DNA of 64,000 nt from Phoronis australis (Eukaryota; Animalia; Phoronida). The notes under the pieces were generated by a model, which made no database searches, was not told where the DNA came from, and worked only from the letters and a program-made list of their open reading frames with translations. The stretch covers positions 568,131 to 632,130 of the forward strand of contig NMRA01000053.1 in the NCBI GenBank assembly GCA_002633005.1. Reading direction: 5' to 3'. The position numbers and the translations under genes are program-made. Each line of letters opens with the position of its first letter. Within the stretch, counting starts at the first letter, position 1. Shown here piece by piece: positions 51,874 to 64,000 of the stretch.

Positions 51874-52739
51874 AGAGGGCGCTAGCGTAGTTACTCTTTG
51901 TAGTTGATAACTTAATTAACAATAGGTTTCATTTGTCTAATTAGGGGTTATCATATAATAAATTAATTACTGGATTTGATTATTCACTCTCCATCTACGC
52001 ACAATCTCAAAGCATAGCTACCTTTTAAACAAACCCACAGTCAAATCTCTGACATACAAAAAACCTCTTCTCTAATTTCTCTTACAATACATTGATTTAA
52101 AAGAGTGGAAGACGGATAAAATGTATTTTCCAGTTTTAAACACAGTCATGTTGGTTGCATGTCTTCATTATTATTCGGTTTTTGACTTCTCGCGCGTTAA
52201 ACAGGCGCGTTAGTCTTAATCCAGTTATCCCCATACTACTACTTACGGTTTCGCTTCTTTTTGAGACTTCAAAAAACTAAGCGAAGATATTTTCAAAACC
52301 GTTTCTCTATATACTATGAATCTGGATTTATTTTAACATCGATCTCTTTTTATGCCGCATTCGTCAGTGAAATCACTGTCGACGAAATGCCGGCCACAGA
52401 CACGGAGATGTTCCACGGCCTCATACTTGGCATTGACTGTGTACATTTCATTCTTCACTGCCGCGAGCCACTTCCAATTAGCATTTTGGGATCTCGAGGA
52501 AATCGATATACCCACTTTCCTCGCAGCTTCATAGTTCGCACATGCGGGAACAATACACCACACCATAGCGGCACTCACACTGCTGAAGAGTCACTGACGT
52601 CGCTGCGTCGTTTGCTCACATTCTTCACAGGTTAACGCGACACCTCTCGGCGAGGTAAGATCGACCGTATACGAGGTGATGTGGATTTTGACCGATTAAG
52701 ACGGTAAAATAGACTAATTAAATCGGGTGGCATTCTCCT
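51874..52739 (-). mobile_element. Kolobok-like non-autonomous DNA transposon, TTAA-flanked, carrying a THAP domain
   Basis: TTAA on both sides, AG-starting imperfect TIRs (agagggcgctag / ggcattctcct), internal THAP ORF. Confidence 0.55.
52333..52566 (-). pseudogene. THAP (C2CH) zinc-finger ORF, transposase N-terminal relic
   Basis: MVWCIVPAC...WKWLAAV...HLRVCGRHFVDSDF has the THAP C-x-x-P-x-C, W and VC..HF..SDF signature, but the F.FP motif is lost. Confidence 0.8.
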
Positions 52740-52909
52740 TTAAGTTAGCAGCGCGAAGATTATGTTTGGATCTCGTATTGTTGGTTACGGTTATGGATTG
52801 AAAAATAGATAGAATGACGAGTAGTTCACACAGTTTAGTGATTATGTATGCTGAGACCCTCCGACGTACGGTTGCTCGTACTCCATTGTTCACAACTGTT
52901 TAAATTGCG

Positions 52910-53350
52910 TCTCAAATTTTATTCATTTCAAAAATGGCTTTTTCAAATTTTGTGGTGATCTCAGTATTTTCTTTGGGAAATCTTTTTCTGTATGGTATGG
53001 TATACGTTGAGGTTATTGAAGGCGATAGCATAGGAATATTGTGGGTTGCACAAGGATGCCTCAGTTTGTTGGGGGCTTCTCTAGCAACGATTGAATTTAG
53101 ATATACCAATTGTAATTCATGAGTTAAGCGCTCATTGTTGTGTATTATTTCATGATATAACTCAAAATGTCTTTAAGTATTGGGTAACTGGGGTCACAGC
53201 CGGCAAGTCGTTGACAAACTGAGTTTCAGTTTGCAGCGTGTCAGAATATTTTGTAGCAAACTAAGGCGCTTGGTATTGTATTAAGAGAAATAACAACAGG
53301 GCAGAGATATGAAAGCTAGGACAGACGAGTGCTAGAACGTGTATGAATGT
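52910..53350 (-). mobile_element. Penelope-like retroelement relic (RT-to-GIY-YIG linker)
   Basis: Fragments PQLPNT.RHFELYHEIIHNNERL and HPCATH...SITSTYT resemble the PLE linker; many stops. Confidence 0.35.
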
Positions 53351-53896
53351 TTTTCGAATATTGAAATCGTTAAAAGAATTATCCATTAAAGCTGCTTTGT
53401 TAGGGTAAGGGATTCAAAGTTCTAGGTAGAGGTCTGTGTGATATTCAGGAGAAATTGGATTTTTAAGTAGTTTGTTTTTCTCGGATATTGAAGTTGGAAT
53501 GAATAAAATGAGTCTAATAATAGTAAGAATTAACATTCGATCACTGGCGATAAAATTACGCATACATTGGTTTTTCAAAACCCCTGTAAGTCTCTTATTC
53601 TAAATCATATCAGGATAAAGAAATAACTCGAACCGATTGGTTCAAAACTGCTTAAGGTGAAAATACAAAAAGTTTTACAAGCATTGCAGAGCGTAGTTTA
53701 AGCCTTAACGAAGTTCATTTTAATTAATGACAATCTCCGCACCTAAGATATAATGCAAGATATAAAGATGTGCTTGTTATTGAAAATCAAGTTAACTTTA
53801 TATTTAGAAATACTTTGCGGACTTATTTGTAAAATCGTGATTTTACATTGCAGAGCCGATAGGGAACTCAATATATTATCTGATTTCGAAACAAAC

Positions 53897-53971
53897 CATT
53901 CTCAGCCACCTCCTTCTGGGCTTCAGTTAATGCTTCCACCATAGGCGTGCCACCTCCTTGACTAAGAATAT
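53897..53971 (-). CDS. vWA exon with MIDAS Thr (ILSQGGGTPMVEALTEAQKEV)
   Basis: Acceptor taacttccag|AT, donor AAT G|gtttgt, 75 nt, phase 1-1. Confidence 0.9.
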
Positions 53972-54428
53972 CTGGAAGTTAAACAGGCAACATTTAAAAT
54001 TTTGACATACGTGCAAAATAGGTTTAGAGCTGACGAGTTTTATTCGTTATTTCATGTCATGTTTTAGTTGCCTTTGGCAACTGACGTCTGGCGAGGCTTC
54101 ACATGTAAGAAAATCAGATAGCTGATCGGACGTCAGATGTCCTTCTGGCCAGATAGAATGTGAACACCGTACAAAATGTACACCAACCGTTGCATTTTAA
54201 GTTGTGAAGATGCGATTATTTTTCTTAGAAACCGCACATACTGCACTCAACCCAATCAGGTGAACAAAATTAGCTTCAGCTAAGACTTCTATTTTGTGTT
54301 CTGGTATCAGGTTGATATTATATCGCCTCATCTGCACTTTTCAACACACTGTTATGCTGAAAGGAAAACTTGAGTTACACAGGCATCATGATAAAGTAAA
54401 AAACGATAACGTTGAAGCTTTGTCTTAC

Positions 54429-54551
54429 CTGGTATCCGATAAAGACCTTTGTAATTACAAGTCAATGACTGCAGGCGTTCAGCAGTCCCACCAAAAGTTA
54501 CAATACCGACATTTTCCTTAAGATTGTATAGTTCCTCGGTTCGTTGCATGT
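54429..54551 (-). CDS. vWA exon (MQRTEELYNLKENVGIVTFGGTAERLQSLT...)
   Basis: Acceptor tttttctcgttccag|AC, donor CCA G|gtaaga, 123 nt, phase 1-1. Confidence 0.9.
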
Positions 54552-57500
54552 CTGGAACGAGAAAAACAACAAGGTGAAGATATGTCGCATCGAGGCAAGA
54601 TACTGATCCAAACATACTTAAACAAGAGGAACAGAGAACTTTGATATGTGCCCACCGTATTCATCGCATGCAGTACATATACATAGGATAATCATTGCCA
54701 CTGAAGTGACTGATACTAGAAACTTTAAACTAGCCTCTAGGAGGCACAAACCACCGAGGGTTAATCACTTAGTAACCGAAAAATATTATTACTATCTACA
54801 TGTCTAAGGTTTTAGTTCTACTTTGCAGTAGGTGGCACAGGCGAATCCAGTCAAAAAGATACATTTGTAGTGGCGTACGTAAGTGGTTTCCCACAAAAAC
54901 GTTCTCTGCTCGTTCCTGTCAGTGTGAAAAAAAGTCTTTGCCCCAATTTAATTTAGTAAAGTAACCGACAGCAAGTCCAGTACCTTTCATTGGTCAAGTT
55001 TCAGAGAAGTCAATGAACTCATCACGTTCAAAATCACCAGGAGCTACCGATGCGTCCAAAAAACAGTTCCCTGTCCTACAGATAGCAAATTCATAGAGGT
55101 AACACTTCTAAGGGTCACTTCCAGGGGACACCAATGCCTTGTGGAACAATCTAGGTTCATGCGTGACCAAATTGCGTCCCGTGGTCCAACTACTTTTAAC
55201 CAGAACATCAGTCACGTAAGGTGACGTATATGAACTTCGCGTTGCTTTGATTCTTATAATGTACTTGAGACGTACCGCCTATCCATAAATTATGATTGAA
55301 GCAAGATTGCTCCCACTGAGTACACCACGGTTGAAATCAATAAGAATTGCTTATTTGCATATGTGTAGCTCACATTAATTGCAAAATTTTATTATCTATT
55401 CCCCGTCATGTTGGCCTGTAAAGATGGTTAGTGGCGAACGCCTTGGTAGGCAAGCCAAGAATAAGTTACAGTCCTTTGTCAAATATTTTGTACCATAATA
55501 CAATGCTATGCATTTCTGTCTAGCGCTGTCTGAGTTCATGGCATGATTTCATCTTAGTAGCACAAGTAAACTAAATTAGTTTCCCACCCTGTGACTCGTG
55601 TGTTGTCGCCAATGCCCATTGTGTCGTTTTTTTTTTCTTCAAAGCATTGGCCGGTAACGACTGTGTGTTTAAATTTGTCTTCAAGCGCAAAACGCAATAC
55701 GACAAAGAACCAATATTTGTTTTATGGACCTTAAGTACTAGTCCACGAGAGCACCAGCCATGAGCGGCAAGGTGGGGGTCAGCCGATTTTCACCAAATTT
55801 GGCACATAGGTAGTCCTATCGGATCTATAAACAGCGGTAAAATATTTCCTCAAAATATTGCGTTTTTTTAAAGTTATAGGTCAAACACATTTTACGGCTT
55901 CGCAGCCATGTTTTCACGGTATAAAAACTGTCCAGTTTTAACTGTTCATATTTTTCCTTGAATGAAAGCTATTGATTTATTATTCACTGGGCATTGTTTA
56001 GTGGTGCCTGTTGATTGTTACACAGATGTCTTGAAACACGATTCCGATTTACCACCATCATTTAGTAGTTTTACTACACTCCCCCCCGTTATGCCATTTT
56101 GAGGTTGTGTTCAGTACACTGCTGTACCAAATCTGCCCCCACTGTTATGAGAATGAAACTTAGCCAAAATGTTGACAAAACATGTTACTTTCATTTCATA
56201 AAATAAAAACTTTGTCAGCCAGTTTATTAGTTATATGTTTTGGCACCTCAAATGTACTAAAATGAGAAATTTTCATATAACTGAAATCGATGCGTGAGCA
56301 CCGTAAAATCCGATTGTCCTTCATGTTTTTCGATATTTTGCAACAAGTTAGTTCCTCCTGAATGTTTTGAACGTTTTACTACTGATCACTTAGGGCTGTA
56401 GTACCCCTAAATACCATACATGGCTCCATTTTGTAAAAAGCCGATTATGTCCTCCACAGTGAACAGGGTTAGACATGAACTCGACAAATGTAGGTTACAT
56501 GTATTTTGATTTACATTTACAGTTACTTTGCAATTTCCTCATGGGTATTTCTTCACACATATTCAAGTCAGATTTTCTGTTGATCAAATGTTCATGTAAT
56601 GCATTGTAATATCAAATGAGTGATAAGTTAGGTTGCATGACCGCAATTTTTCCCACGACTTAAAACAAAAGACCGCAGAAATTTTCCTGACGAAATACCG
56701 GGTTTGCAGTTCTGTTAAAACATTCGAATGACAAGACAAACTCCACCACTGTCCATGGCAACTCGTCGCATGTTTTTTTCCCATCGGTCCTATCATTGTT
56801 TTCCTTCGCTGTGTCATTGTTAGATGTAACAACACAGGTCGCATGGATATAGAACCTTGCGTACATCAGACCGTTGCCGATAAGTGCTCGTCATATCTTT
56901 ATTATAACAACGGAAACAATGAAGATGCTAATTTATTGTTCTCTATGCGACCAGGTTTCCAGTGGATGACCACAGAAGAGGAATCCCAAAGTACCCCCAA
57001 CCAATTACCACGCACCTTAGTAACTATTACCGCGCACACGAATCCTTTCCGTGGAACCTGAACACCAAATTTTTATATCCGTGTATTGTGTTGTATTGCT
57101 CATGGTACGGGTTCAGACTCTGTTGTATTAAGATTCCAATCCCCAACCCTGTAATATGTAGTTTGAGTAAAATTTCTAGACAATGCAGGTTTATGGATTT
57201 ATTCTCCTTCAAATGAAGAGTAAAAATCAAATTCTGCACAGGTTTTTTAAAAGCAATCACTTATTGGAAGATCACATATCTAAAAAATAAAACCATGTTT
57301 GACAATTTTATTCATTATCTTATTTGAAAATTGCCTACCTCACAGACAATTCATCTAAGTTGAAAATATTCCTTGTGAAAAAATATAAAATACCAACCAG
57401 AGACTTGCATACTACAAAATATGTTTTCGTAATACAATGCAAAGATAACTGTACAGTCAAAAGTGCAAATGTTATGACTCTAATAAAAATTGCCTTCTAG

Positions 57501-59128
57501 ATCTTTTCAACACTCTAATTGCTACAGGACAGAGTCAACCACACAAAGCTCATGAAGTCAGGGAATTACATTTAAGGTGATGTAGTCTCACTGCGAAAAA
57601 GTGATTTCGCAATATCGCTGACAACACTGGAAATCTCTTCTTCACAAACTTGAGATAGCTGTATTTACCACATCAATGTTCTTATCAAAACTAACCACCA
57701 CAAAATGAAAAATTGGCTTGTTGGTTCCAATTAAGCAGCATTTTACAATGAAATGGTCATGAAAAAATACTTTTGCAACACGGTTTGCATTATAATTGCC
57801 CTACGATTACAGTTGTACATACATACTATACCCAGTAACAAAATTACCCATGGGAACCATAAAATGGTCAATTCGCCAAAAAAACAAGGAGCCACCAGAG
57901 CTAATGTGCCACTACTTTTCAGTACTACAACAAAAAATCATTTGAAGTGGACATAAACTCGCCTAAAATCACATAAAACAACTTTTGATTTAGACATTTT
58001 ACCATCACGAAATAGGTATTACTTCCAGGTCACTTTGAGCAATTTCAGAACTTTGAAAGATCTGGCAATATGCAATTGCTACCACACTAATAATGTGCGA
58101 TTTTATACACACAGCATGGTCTCAAGGAATAGCAAACTGTCAATTCGCTACAATTCCAGAAATCACTTCCCATCTGGATAAGGAACAAACTGAGCAAAGT
58201 TTATAGAGGTAAATGGTCTAAATCAAAACTTATTACATCCTGGACAGAATATGGGTTTACAACCCAGGCAGAAAGATAAGTTAACAAAACCAGCCTAACT
58301 GCAACAGGGTCTCAAATTTCAGTAATATATACCCATATACAAACAAAAATCTACAATGGTAAATAAAATGCGGAAACATAAATTCAGATCAATTACGCAT
58401 CTTCAAGGAAAAGAAATAGTACAGAGGTCAGAAATCATCTAAATGTGATGGCGACACTGAGTAATCCTGTCAGACCAAAAAATCCAGTGGCTAAACAAAA
58501 TGAACAATGTACCATTACCATGTGGCCCAGGATCATAATCCGTGCCTGGACAAAAACTCAGTCTTAGACTAGGTAAATTTTAGACTTGTGCTGTTCACAC
58601 AAGCAGTTCTGGTGCAAACAAAGCTTGCGACAACACACAAGCCTACTTCCCTACACAGCTGTGCTGATACAATAATGCCCCCACTGGATTTAGCANATTT
58701 GGTCAAAAATGACTCATTCCACAGCAAGAAATTGCCTCATTTTGCCCCCAAGAACACTTCCCATGTATCTCCTAAACCACCAAACTTTGTGGTGTCATAC
58801 TTCACCCATTTTCTCTCATCCCTAATGTGATTTATCAGACTAAACATAGATCTGAATGGTTGACCCCCCGCCTTGCCGCTTTTTGGCTGTACAGTGGTCG
58901 GTGGATCCGTGGACTGATACTTAATTACACTTTCGATTCGCGCATAACAGGCTCAAAACAACGCTTCAATTTCTGGTATTTCCAGTTTTCATCATATCAA
59001 AAAGGTGCCTGCAGCATAATAAGAGTAAAGAAATTTCTAGAGAAATAGCAATGAGAGACAGTACGGCAGCAAAATATTAATTTTGGCATGAGTTTCTTTA
59101 TGAACGCCTATCATCTCATAACACTTAC

Positions 59129-59248
59129 CGGAAACCAAAGTCCTGAATGCTTGTCTCACATGCTTAAAACCTTCCTCGCCCATGCTGTCCGAACAATCGA
59201 TGCAGAAAACGGTACCCAGTTCATCTGATTTAGCCCATGGTTCCGTAT
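59129..59248 (-). CDS. vWA first exon with MIDAS DxSxS (TVFCIDCSDSM)
   Basis: Acceptor tttttcaag|AT, donor TCC G|gtaagt, 120 nt, phase 1-1. Confidence 0.92.
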
Positions 59249-60872
59249 CTTGAAAAACATTTATCAAGTTATTTTAAAAACATCTAAAATAGACAGATAC
59301 AGAGTCGTGTTGTTTTTCTTTTCTTGCCCCAACAAAATGGCCATCACAATTAAAAACAAGCTTAAAAGCTTGTACATGAAAGAGTAAATAAAAACGTAAA
59401 AACCGCAGAACTGCTATTTGTTATTTTAGTGATTTTTTCAGTTAACCAGTCTGATTTCACAGACATGTTCAATACTCTGGTGAAAACGAAAGAAACAGAA
59501 TCTTTCATACCAAGTGTATTTCTTTCCTCGAGTTTTGTAGCCCACTTAAGATGCATGTCGAGAACAAATGGATTACTGCAATGACGATAACTCAGACACA
59601 AAGCAACTGTACTACAGCAGCACATTTTCAGCGACGTGTTTTAAATGTATTTCATTGAACCTAATACCGCATAAGGTGGCATTACCAAAACGGGTACCGA
59701 ACCGTTGCGACGCCCTTCGAGCGTTACTAAGAGATCTCTGGTCGTTTCAAGGTGGGTTGCGTTCCATAGACGCAATAGTCTTGCAAAAAACTAAGGTCAC
59801 ACAAGACTTCCCAAAATCACTTTAATAAAAGGCTAGTGTTGTGCGAGTATGTTCAAGCGTATGGTGTACCATGGACAGTTCCGACCTAATATTTTCACTT
59901 AAGTGCGACAAATAGGCACATCAAAACCTCTAGCATGCGTCAAAAGAGAATTGAGTTTTCAAAATTTTGTGGGAGAGCTCCTCAGACCACCTGCGGGAGG
60001 GAATATCCCTCCCATAGCCTGCACGCTGCCCACTTCGTTGACCATTTGTCAATCAATCTGAAAATGCTTCCGACGTCACTGCATAAACTAGCAAAATCAG
60101 GGCAATTGAAGTGTTTTGTCGGTGAGGTTGTGATCATAAATTATTCACTGATTCTGTTGCATAAGTGACAGTTTCTCGCTGATATTGCTTTATTAGGGTC
60201 TTCAGCCAACAGTCGAAACCTAAGTACCTAGGTAGCTGTTTCACGTTCTGCAAATGTGCAATACAAGTACATAAAACCATTTTATGGTTTCTATTGCAAC
60301 CTTTGTTTGTGGAACACAGATGGCAGACTGCAATATAGCGACACAGTGTGCATATTCTTCTCTTTAAACAAATAAATAAAAACATATTGCATCATGATAG
60401 TAGAGTGTGACCCACGATACTGGGCATGGTATAATAGAAAACTTAACAGTATACACCTTATATGGTTGACAACAATTTGTAAATCTTTCGCTAGGGAGGC
60501 GTCACTGGTCACGCAAAGCAGTATGGGTAATATTTTGGTTCATTGTGAGAATGGTACCTGGTAGAGGACGTGTCATTGAAAAAGCTACAATTATTGTTCC
60601 CATGGCGAAATCATTTGAGGTGTATAATTTGACGCAAACAAAAAGCAAAAAATTAGCTAGAGATCGGTTCCATAGTCCAAGGGGCCAAGAGTCCCAAATG
60701 AAATTTGCTTTTTGGTCAATAGAATGGTCGATAGTACGAAGGGCCGATAGCCCTCACTTTATCTAACATATCTATTTACCATTTTACCACCTTCGTGAAC
60801 TTATTGATTTACGATAGGTTGAAGCTTCCAACTTCAGAATGCCTGATTGCTACCGATTAGTCTTGCAAAAAA

Positions 60873-61315
60873 GGTTGTCATCTCGATGTGTCCAGGGTTC
60901 TAAGTGCCCCGTTTTATGTATATCGGGTCCAAATGACCATTTTGAGTTGTCTAGGTCGCGAACGACGATCTCATGTTGATTTTTTGGCTGGCCGAGCGCT
61001 GACCAGAGACACATAGAATCCGGTGTGAACGCAGCCATTATACCCCTGCAGAAATTGTCCAGCTTGCATGTATTTGAATGAAGCATCCGGGTAATCAACT
61101 GAATAATGCGTATGCTGGCATTCAAACACATGCAGCCAGGACATTCCCCACAGGGGGACAATCACAACTACCACACCGGGACACATAAAACCCGGCATAC
61201 ATACATGTAGAACCCCGTGCGATGCACAAAAATGGACATATAGAACCGAGACGCATAGAGCCCCGATATGCATAAAACGGGACACAAAGAACCCGGGACA
61301 CATCGGGATGACCCC
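60873..61315. mobile_element. MITE with about 55-bp TIRs and acacatagaaccc subterminal repeats
   Basis: gtcatctcgatgtgtccagggttctaagtgccccgttttatgtatatcggg pairs with cccgatatgcataaaacgggacacaaagaacccgggacacatcgggatgac. Confidence 0.75.
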
Positions 61316-61910
61316 GACGAACTCTATACGAATCCTTGTTGTTTTTAACTATGTGGGATCGACAAGACAGGTTTTAATTGTTAATGGAACATTATTCTAA
61401 GTTGTTGCATATGGTGTGCCAAGCAGGTAACTTCTTTCCGAATGAATGTCACAATTCTATCGGCGGTTTTCAGAAAAAAAAAACACTTACTCGAAATTAA
61501 AGCAGGTCTTACCTTAAGCTAAATAAACAAAAACACAAAAATACCTGATTACATTGATTGGATGAAGAATGATCAGATATGCATATAAACAAAATTGCAT
61601 AAATTCATACAAAAACGTTTCAGTTATAACTCAGTGCTGACAAATAATGCAGGACAACAATTTTAGAAGTGTCGTGTTATTTTGTCTGTGAGCACTAACA
61701 ATGGTTTGGAAAATTTACCAAAACGTTTGTTTGTATATATCTGTGTAAGTGTGTTAATTAAAGCGTTCATCATCACCTTCCCGTTGTCCACTTGGCCTAA
61801 GGCACAGGTTATACAAGTCCAAAATTGTTTTGTGACGGAAGGCGTATTTATATCCTATTTAAAACAGAAGCTAAACTTGTACATGTTACACAAGAGTAAA
61901 CAGCAAGTAC

Positions 61911-62054
61911 CTTGTTTACTCAGCTGACCAGCTTTAGCTTTAGCACCGGCATCCTGCGGTACATGAGCGTACGCAGCACCACCGTCGTTGTTTTCCTCAT
62001 CATTCTTGAAATCTGTTGCTTTGATTTCATCGAGCAATACATTTGGGGCTGTAT
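61911..62054 (-). CDS. N-terminal low-complexity exon (TAPNVLLDEIKATDFKNDEENNDGGAA...)
   Basis: Acceptor ttacag|AT, donor CAA G|gtactt, 144 nt, phase 1-1. Confidence 0.65.
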
Positions 62055-62542
62055 CTGTAATTCCTTAGTAAAACCACGTGAATGACTGCATCCAGTTTGG
62101 TCAAATGTTCATATTATGCTTTTGTTTTATTGTATCTATATATTCCAAATTAAAGTAATATTGGGAAAACACGATTACATCGAGTTTATTGATAATTATG
62201 ATTAAACAGGTAAGTATGAACAAACGTAACAAACGTAAAATTTTCCGTTTTTTGATGACATTTTAAAGACTGATTCTGATTATCAAACCCAAACAGCACC
62301 CAGAAATCCTCCAACAAATTCACTAAAAAGAAATTTGAAACCGATTTTGAGGCCGGTGGAGGCCTAAATAGGTAGTTAGCAGGAACGTAATGAACGTTGT
62401 GATAACAAAATTCCTATTAAAAACGTTTGAGTTAGGACTTAAACCAGTCAGTGCTGACATACAGAATGATAGAAGATAACGATTTTAGAAGTGTGTCCTA
62501 CGATTTTGTCTGTCAGCACTAACGACGGTTTGGGAAATTTAC

Positions 62543-62647
62543 CAAGACTTTTGTTTATTAAAGCCTTCGCAGCACCACCGTCGTTGTTTTCTTCATCAAT
62601 CTTGAACTCTGGTTTGATTCCATCTTGCCATACCTTTGAGGCTGGAA
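62543..62647 (-). CDS. Paralogous duplicated exon (PASKVWQDGIKPEFKIDEENNDGGAAKALINKSL)
   Basis: Acceptor ttacag|TT, donor CTT G|gtaaat, 105 nt, phase 1-1, open. Confidence 0.6.
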
Positions 62648-62789
62648 CTGTAATGCGTTAGTAATACACAAGTAAATGGTTGCGTCCAACTTGGCCAAAT
62701 GTTCATATTTTTGTTTTTGTTTTATTTTATCTTTATCCAGATTAAAGTAACATTGCGAAAACACGACTATATCGAGTTTGCTGGTAACT

Positions 62790-63592
62790 ATAATTATACC
62801 ACAATATTAGCCTCGAATGGCCGATACAACCGTGTAACAACCCAAATAGTTATCTCACTAGTGAGATAACATTTTGGCGGGAAACGAGGCCGGGTTCGAA
62901 CCCGGACCGCAAGAGTTTCGGTCGTCGACTTTACCACCGTACCACTCAGCGGCTGACGTCATCGGACGTGAAAATAGAATACTTATGAGCACGCGCAACA
63001 CTCGCATGCTCAACAAAGGGCACTGTACTGAGATTTATACGCTATGAAAAACAAGACGCACAATTTCCACGAAAACTATATTTTAATTCACTGAAATTTT
63101 TCTCTCATGTTCTCTCACTTGTAAATCACCGATCTCCAATTTGAATGCGGGTATCGTGTCGTCGGGATCCTTTGACTTGAGAATTATACTCTGTTACCAG
63201 TTAACTTTAACAGACAGTAGTTTCTCGGTCGAAGCTCAGTATGATAAAATGTGTAGTAAGCTATAATGGTTGCTAAACCTTAATTTATACATTCCCTTTA
63301 TTTCTACTTATTTTAAATTTTCAATTGGTTTTGAGTAAAAGCATTATGTGACAAAGTTCACGACCTCCGACCCCGGGCCTCTGACATAGAAAGTAGTTAC
63401 AAAGCAGAGGCGAGTCGATAAAAGGTAGATCGATTCATTGCAATGTTTCTTGTTCAGTATGTTGTATAAATAGATTATTGCATGTTCTCAGTCGTTATCC
63501 CCCTTATCTAGAGCCCTCGCGGATTTTGTACAATTATCGCCCGAGGGGCGTCAGCGCCTCGGGCGATAACGACTTCGCCATGTAATAATCTA
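62790..63592. mobile_element. Copy 2 of the tRNA-module/hairpin element
   Basis: Colinear with 24875-25616; minus-strand A/B boxes at about 62889-62951; hairpin right arm partly deleted. Confidence 0.75.
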
Positions 63593-63788
63593 CATTTACA
63601 CAAGTGAGTATCGACAAAGAAATGAATGTAAAATTTTCCATTTTTTGATGGAAAGTTAAAGACTGATTCTAAGTTAAAGTTCTTTTGTGGCAAAATAACA
63701 TATAATTAAACAAAAGGTAAGAACTTCACGTTAATGTGTACAGAATGTGGATTATGAACTGCTTTAATATATTATTAGATTATTTTAC

Positions 63789-63814
63789 CTTCTTTATCTT
63801 GTGGGATACTTCCA
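63789..63814 (-). CDS. 26-nt exon (GSIPQDKE), phase 2 to 1; gene continues beyond window
   Basis: Acceptor tatttcttttccag|, donor GAA G|gtaaaa. Confidence 0.55.
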
Positions 63815-64000
63815 CTGGAAAAGAAATACCATGAGTCAGAGGTAAGCGTGGGGGTAAGACTTGAGAGACGAAATGCATTATAAATGTCAGTTTCGAACTA
63901 GATCGTGTACTAGATAACGGGGTTAATACCCTTTATTTTTATAGCACGTTTACTACATCCCGCATATGTGAACATTTGGTAATTTTTTCAACTTTCATCG

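Larger units (their letters stand above)
51198..52894 (+). mobile_element. LTR (solo-like) interrupted by a DNA element
   Basis: Starts tgttacaatg, ends cattgttcaca (TG..CA with short inverted ends); internal direct repeats and attaaa; split at a TTAA by 51874-52739. No TSD seen. Confidence 0.5.
29551..63814 (-). other. Gene span (5' end outside window): vWA + 2x MIB/HERC2 + WWE protein, 17 or more exons
   Basis: Chain of GT-AG exons with consistent phases, reconstructing complete domains; stop TGA at 29551. Confidence 0.85.

Noticed and set aside
60850-61303. 103-aa and 110-aa Cys/Met-rich ORFs
   Set aside because: Translations of MITE subterminal repeats.
61719-61854. Additional coding exon of the vWA gene
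   Set aside because: Has splice sites but is open only from phase 0; after the phase-1 donor at 61911 it hits a stop, so it is not placed in the main model.

Overview
AT-rich eukaryotic (animal) genomic DNA with GT-AG introns, microsatellites, tRNA-derived SINEs, LINE/LTR relics and many MITEs. An invertebrate, possibly lophotrochozoan, origin is my inference. The supplied ORF track is mostly noise; the real genes are split genes, which I assembled by hand from splice sites and phase continuity, all on the minus strand. (1) A large gene, 5'-incomplete at the right edge (about 63814 to 29551), encodes a MIDAS-intact vWA domain, two MIB/HERC2 domains and a WWE domain. One linker exon appears to carry an in-frame TAG. 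(2) Three or four exons at about 19378-16297 encode a low-complexity/coiled-coil product of uncertain status. (3) A death-fold gene (about 14347/13121 to 8056) encodes CARD, a TRADD-N-like domain and a long coiled coil with a C-terminal PPxY motif. The CARD and TRADD-N-like domains each sit on a symmetric phase-1 exon. Its last exon lies between two oppositely oriented copies of a long-TIR foldback DNA element with CACTG ends. Introns and intergenic DNA also hold a decayed Gypsy element, an LTR interrupted by a TTAA-flanked THAP-carrying element, CR1/RTE-X/Penelope-like relics and MITEs with internal tRNA-like modules. I saw no rRNA, intact tRNA or CRISPR array. Domain calls come from motif recognition, not database searches.
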